A DNA stretch of 64,000 nt from Octopus vulgaris (Eukaryota): positions 2,418,001-2,482,000 of the forward strand of contig OX597837.1 in the NCBI GenBank assembly GCA_951406725.2, written 5' to 3'. Numbering within the stretch: the stretch's first letter is position 1; each line of letters opens with the position of its first letter. A program made the translations under genes and the position numbers. Of this stretch, positions 57,330 through 64,000 are shown in pieces. The notes beneath the pieces were generated by a model. That model was not told the DNA's origin and ran no database searches. It was given only the letters and a program-made list of their open reading frames with translations.

Positions 57330-57424
57330 TCCCTGAAGAAATACCCAAATGACTGGTTTTGAATATGGGAATTTGAATTTTATTTCTGCAATTGAAATGA
57401 TCGAATCTGGAAACAGCTGTAGGG
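57330..57424 (+). ncRNA. Type-I HHR (partly decayed) within the inverted-repeat element 57118-57510
   Basis: TCC-CTGAAGA-AATACCCAA...GAAAC-AGCT-GTA-GGG; the inverted left copy retains the complementary stem II strand TTGGGTGTG-GAAACAGCTGTA. Confidence 0.68.
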
Positions 57425-57660
57425 CAGGAATTTCTTTGTATGAATTCGAATGTCTTTAATAAATAACGTCTCTTCATCAATTTCTTCTATTTTCTTCCTT
57501 TTCTCATTCATAAAGTTTTTAATACCTATACGTTTCAATGATAAACTAACGAGGTGGACTAGGATGCTCGCATCCCTTAAGGGACTTTAGTTCCTTGACG
57601 AAATAAAATACATATACACACACACGCACACACACACACAAACACACACACACACACACG

Positions 57661-57731
<71 letters not shown>

Positions 57732-57767
57732 CAAGGAACCTTTATAGTAGCGGTAGAAAAGATCGAG

Positions 57768-58045
57768 TGGAGGCGTGTGGCTTAGTGATTAAGGTATTCG
57801 ACTCACGGTCGAAATGTCATGATTTCGATTGTTTCACGTTGCTCCGGTCAACTCAGCTGGCAAAAATGAGTCGTACCTGTAATTCAGTGGGGCCAGCCCT
57901 GTCATACTTTGTCATGCTAAATCTCCCTGAGAACTATGTTAAGGGTACGTGTGCCTGTGTGGTGCTCAACCGGTTGCATGTTAATTTCACGAACAGGCTG
58001 TTCCTTTGATAGAATCAGCTAGAACCGTCATCGTCGTAACCAACG
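57768..58045 (+). mobile_element. tRNA-derived SINE (CORE-like)
   Basis: TGGAGGCGTGTGGCTTAGTG...TTTCACGTTGCTCC...CAGCTGGCAAAAATGAG. Confidence 0.7.
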
Positions 58046-58519
58046 GAGAACCGGCAAAGATGGAAAGATGAGGCAGCTTGTTTGTTTACCTGAAACTGAA
58101 GTATGTCTGTGAGTGATGTTATGACAACCAGTCTGCAGGTTCTTATCTGAATGCGGACCAGAATGTCTGCGTGAATAAAAACAGCACCGTCCCAGATGTC
58201 AAAGCAATACTTCGTTGTGTCCTTTGTCTGATCGTTAGAGAGTATCAACGTTAAGGATTGAAGTGTATTTTTGGCCCCGATGAAATTAAGGTTAGTCGTT
58301 ATGTTCCGAGCAATGTTAAGGAGATGTCTGCAGTAATTGTGAGCCCAACGTTTGGGGAAATTTCGAGGGCTGGTTTTGAGTGCTACTCACGACTAAGTAG
58401 TGTGTGACACCATGATGTATTTTTTTATTTTCATATGAATAATGTTTATGCTTTGTTGCCGATGAAATAGAAAAGATTGGTATATCTCCATAGGAGGATG
58501 ACTTCATAGAGTCAGTGAG

Positions 58520-58740
58520 GATTTAGTTAAAAAGATCCTCCCCCGGTCATATAGAGTTGATATTTCTTTGTGGATGGGACACCAGTCCTTCGCAGGTTAA
58601 CTCACTTTTGCCATCTGAGTGGAACGGAGCAGCGTGAAATGAAGTATTTTGCTCAAGGACACAACGCGTCGCCCGGTCCGGGAATTGAAACCCCAATCAT
58701 ACGATCACGAGTCCAACATTCTAACCACAAAGCTACGCGT
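58520..58740 (-). mobile_element. tRNA-derived SINE (CORE-like) inserted in the LINE
   Basis: Minus strand GTGGTTAGAATGTTGGACTC...GGTTTCAATTCCCGGACCGGGCG...GTCCTTGAGCAAAATACTTCATTTCAC. Confidence 0.72.
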
Positions 58741-60656
58741 GAGTTTAGTGTGTAGTGTTTGGGCAAAGAATGGAGAAAGGACGGTCGGGGAATATTAGGG
58801 AGGAATGGCGGGGGTTGTCCCTAAGAGTGACTGTCACTGGATTTAGTAACAAGTTAGTCGAAGGAAAAGAGGGGGGAAAACTAAACCCTGGGCCTGCCTG
58901 AGCTGATAGAATGAGAAAGAGAAACAGCTCGAACATATGCGGCAAAAATATGATCTAAAAATATGGTAGCAGTCGAAGAGAGGAGGGACAAATGCTGCTT
59001 ACAGGAAACTCGCATACCAGTCACAGTTTAACGCTTTGCTGATGTCGAGGGCAACAACATTGCTGTCACTAAATTCCTCGAGGGATAGAGCTCATCTGCA
59101 GAAGACATCTGTGTATCTGGCTTTATGACAACCTCACTGGTGACCATTAATTCGAAAGAAAGGCCCAAGGTGTTGGAGAACGTTGTTATTAATGGCTGTC
59201 GCCATAACCTGAGAAATATCAGCGGTTAACGAGATCGGGCGATAATTGGACGAGTTGAAGTGGTTTAACTTTCTTGGAATGGGACATACTGTGGCGTGTC
59301 TACAAAGATTAGGGTAGATCCCTGGTGAGAGGGGCTGATTGAAAAGTTAAGTGAGTGCAAGGGCTACTCTAGAATGCAAAGTTTGGGGTTAAAATAAGGG
59401 ACAGAGTCAGGGCCGAGGCCTTCGTTGGTTTCAAGGGATTGAAGGTATTTTCGCACTGGAGTTTTAGATTTGGGGAGGGGTTGGCAATGTATGTACTCTA
59501 TGTACTTTATGTCTGCACGGGCCGCAGACAAAATGGAGGTTATCTCAAAACTATTGTTGGTGTGAAGTGGAAGCAAAAAGGATTTTGCAAAGTTGGTGGG
59601 AATCCTTTAGTCTATATTTATTTAGTCCCCACCTAACGAGAATCCGGGCAAAACACCAACCATAAAAACATTGAGTGATTATTGCTTGAGTACATATCCT
59701 CAATCAAATAATCCATCAGCTGGGTAATTATTTTCGTCAGAATAAATGCGAAATCCTTGCACTATAATTTAGAAAGAGTTTAATAAAGTATTTTGGTGTG
59801 AAAGAACGAAAATGTTTGGTTCAGCTGCACCATGACTGACGACTGCTCGACGTGGTTTAATGGTCGCGAAGTTTGCGGCTTTTTAACTCAAAACTTCAGA
59901 AAGGAAGAACTGGGCGGCTTTGCATTAGTTGTAAGTGGGAGGAGCACTAGATAGTGGAAATTCCATTGGTTCATGTTTTGTCACAGACATTATTTCACAC
60001 TGGCAATCAAAATGGTTAACTTATAAACGTAGAATCGACCAAGTTCTAAACAGGTAACATTAGTTTTGTAATGTTCTGTTATAAACGGTATTAGTTTCAG
60101 CATGGAGACCAAGAGAACCACTACTGGTATATTTGTCTGCTAGAAATAGCAACCATATATACCGCAGCTCATAGTCTACCATCTTTTAGAAAAGACGGCT
60201 ACACTGGATGCGTATCTGAACTGTAGTATATTTGAATTTATATACAATAGATCGGCAGGTAATTATCTCAACTACTCAGACATTTTGTCTCCGTTCCATC
60301 CCGTTTAGAACAGAATTTAACGACATTCTAATGGCGTGCCGGTACACAAGAAGAAAAATTTTGGAGAAAAAAGATTTTAAAAAACCAGTAGAAGAATATA
60401 ATAAAACATCAGAAACAGCAACAACAATAATAATAATGATAACAATAATAACTATAATAAGGACATCATTGTTTATTAAAGTTCAACTTGCACTAAAATA
60501 TACACAAACACACAAACACACACACATAAGTACATACATACCAAGGTATACATACTGTAACATCTATCAGGAATTACTACCATAAACGCGAAAATTTCTT
60601 CAATTTGGCGAACATTTTGACGCGAGTAAGCAGAATACCACAATAAAACTAATAGC

Positions 60657-60716
<60 letters not shown>

Positions 60717-61410
60717 TGCTGTTAGTTTAGTTACAATGACCAGGACAATATTGAAAGCCATCAAACGTCTGCAACAGAACATTTCTGGACGTCATCTTCA
60801 AACGCATTCTCGTTACAAAATGGACGCTGGGCGTGCAAACCATTTGTGAAACGACTATAAAAGTAATACAAGTATAAATTGATGTGGTGGAATTTGAAAT
60901 AAAATCTGTCCTGAATATTAAAATTGAAACGGTTTTTAACATTCTAATTATTCATCTACTCATCATTATATTGCTCTGACACGCACGCATGGACACACAC
61001 ATATACACGCACACACAGACGCGTGAACACACACATACGCATCCATGTCTATACACTGATGTGTATGTATATATATATATATACATATACATGTACATAT
61101 ACATATACATATATTCACACACGCATAAGCATCCGCGTATATTCACTGATATGAACGCAAATACAGACACACACATATCAACAAAGAAACACAATCATGT
61201 ACATACATATACATACACACACAAGCACACACACACACACACACACAAGCGGGCAAAAAACACACACGCATACACATATCTATATACACTCATCCACGCA
61301 CGCGCGCACTCAGACAGCGCAAACACACGGCATTTAAACAAACGTTATTTTTAACATTTCGGGAATTAGGAAACGTCCGTATTTCTCTACTCAGTTAAAA
61401 CTAGATTCTT

Positions 61411-61478
<68 letters not shown>

Positions 61479-61558
61479 CGCCCTCGAGGACGACGGCTGG
61501 TTGCTATTATATGAACAAATAATATTAATAATACTTATAGTAACCTGATAGGTGGTAA

Positions 61559-61633
<75 letters not shown>

Positions 61634-61651
61634 CAGTAGTAGCAGCAGCAG

Positions 61652-61691
<40 letters not shown>

Positions 61692-61949
61692 CAAGTTACA
61701 AACCGGACCGTTCGGCGAATCAAAAGTACGAATTCAAAAGGATTAATTTCTCGTTGCATTTTTATAATTGATGTGTGAGTGTGTCTGTGTGAGGTATATA
61801 TGTATATTTATGTGTGTGTGCACGTGTGTGTACGCGTGTGTGTGTGTGTGTGTGTGTGTGTAGGAATGTGTGTATGTATATATATATATATATACATCTA
61901 CATATATACACATACATATACATATATGATATATGCACGCATACACATG

Positions 61950-61997
<48 letters not shown>

Positions 61998-62599
61998 CAC
62001 AAACACGCACGCACGTACATATATGCATACATACATGCGTGTGTGTGTGTCATCGTGGTGTATATTCTTTAACTTGCAAACTTGTGTTTGTGTTTGAATA
62101 TCTACCAAAGTAGCAATTCGTCTCTCTTATTCTCTGTCTTTATATGTGTATGTGTGTGTGAGTATACAGACATACACACATATACATAAATATATGTATA
62201 CGCACACATATATATAAATATATATATGTGTGCGTATATATATGAATATATATATTTTTAAATATATATACGCGCACACATGTATATAAATGTATATGCA
62301 TATGAATATGCTTACACACACACATATAAATACATACGCATATATATATAAAATATACACACACCCACGTGTATATACATCTATAAATAGACATATGCTG
62401 ATACATATACGTACATATGTATAGACATTCATTTAGGTATACGAATGTATGTATAACGTATATACACGCAGGTGACTGTACGTTTATAATAATGGTGTAG
62501 GGATTACTATTCTCAATTCCAGAGAGTATGGACAATAATATTCACTTCCGGTGACAACCTATAATAAAGAATTCAATATATACATTTCTTGCAACAACA

Positions 62600-62601
62600 A
62601 C

Positions 62602-62694
<93 letters not shown>

Positions 62695-62830
62695 GGGGGT
62701 GGTGGGGGTGGGGGTGGTGGTGCTGGTGCTGGTGCTGGTGCTGGTAGTAGTAGTAGTAGTAGTAGTTTTTTGAAGGAGAACAACAGTAATAATAACCTTA
62801 ACAATAACAACCGCTGTGATGATGATGATA

Positions 62831-62872
<42 letters not shown>

Positions 62873-63050
62873 AGGCGGAGGAGGGAGAGGGGATGACCAC
62901 GGTGGTGGATGTTGTGGGGGTACAGATGATAGTCACGACGGTGATGGTGGGTGACGATGATGATGGTGATGATGATAATGATGATGATGATGATGATGAC
63001 GGTGATGGTTATGGTGATAGCGATGGCTTCGGCATCACCATCATCATCAT
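62600..63050. repeat. Compound AGT/GGT/GAT trinucleotide array (also 61410-61690)
   Basis: Direct observation. Confidence 0.9.
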
Positions 63051-63341
63051 CAACACCTCTTTACGATCAGTTCCATAAAATCTATTACCAAACTTAGTTA
63101 TCAAACCAAACGGTTCAGTTCTGTGACACGATATAAAAATACTTTACGATTTCACACTCCATTAATCACGAAGCTTACACACTCATCCGTATACGCACAC
63201 ACACATACATCCACTAACAAAATAAACGCCAACACACACACACACACACCTACACGACGCACAGACGAATAAATATTCACGTACGTATGTGTACATATGC
63301 GTGTATATGTATGTATATATGTATATGTTATATATACCATA

Positions 63342-63377
<36 letters not shown>

Positions 63378-63545
63378 TATTGTGAGAGACATCGAAGTTT
63401 CAGCTCGCTAAGCCAGTCCGGTGATGGCGTAGCTGACTGTAACTTCGAAGTCATTGTCAATAATATTCTTATAATATAGAATAATATAACAGAAGCAAAC
63501 ATTCACATAGATAGATAGATACATACATACATACATACATACATA

Positions 63546-63579
<34 letters not shown>

Positions 63580-63622
63580 CATACATACATACATACATAC
63601 ATACGTACGTACGTACGTACGC

Positions 63623-63674
<52 letters not shown>

Positions 63675-64000
63675 TATATGTAAATAAAATCATATATATA
63701 TTTGTAATATATATATATATATATGTATGCATATATATACATATGTATGTATGTATGTATGTGCCCCAGCATGGCCACAGCTCATGAGCTGAAACTAGAA
63801 TCAATCAATCAATCAATCATGTATGTACGTACATGTATGTATGAATGTACATATGTATGTATGCGTGTGTGTATGTATGTATGTATGTATGTATTTTCCC
63901 GATGCAGCACTCGACCTGAACTTGAGACTGTCTATACTCTTGGTTTGTACTCTTAAGTGAGCTGGAAATTCTTCAGGTGTAGGAAATCTAGATATCACAT

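Larger units (their letters stand above)
56820..59950 (-). mobile_element. Old CR1/Jockey-like LINE, fragmented by younger insertions
   Basis: Minus strand GPDSVP (~59410), NYRPISLT (~59235), VALDISKA (~59040), CFDIWDGA...RIQIRTCRLV (58120-58210), YTQSFFP (~56930). Confidence 0.72.

Noticed and set aside
62551-63078. 175-aa S/G/D-rich ORF
   Set aside because: Compound trinucleotide repeat with no domain or splice evidence

Overview
AT-rich, extremely microsatellite-dense animal genomic DNA. The SINE families and the (TA)n/(ATT)n/(ATGT)n/(GATA)n load suggest a coleoid cephalopod, probably Octopus; this is my recognition, not a database result. No host protein-coding gene can be supported, and nearly all ORFs in the track are translated microsatellites. 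Recognisable coding remnants are all from transposons: an R4/Dong-clade RT-REL LINE plus three more fragments, a Tc1 (DD34E), DD37D and mariner remnants, a decayed hAT, a Penelope-like GIY-YIG tail, a CR1/Jockey-like LINE and a non-autonomous Helitron. The most interesting signal is non-coding: about 13 type-I hammerhead ribozyme (HHR) motifs, intact to degenerate, from at least six distinct sequence contexts. They have the minimal, palindromic-stem-III form known from Penelope-like elements (PLEs), and several occur as divergent inverted pairs. One family is a chimera of tRNA-derived Pol III head, (AAT)n linker and HHR-bearing tail, i.e. a candidate ribozyme-carrying SINE mobilised by PLEs. 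Two motifs share a non-canonical GAAG core. Also present: a young ~555-bp (TAA)n-targeting non-coding element in two copies, an almost perfect 160-bp palindrome and a 566-bp tandem duplication. Most boundaries were read by eye and are approximate.
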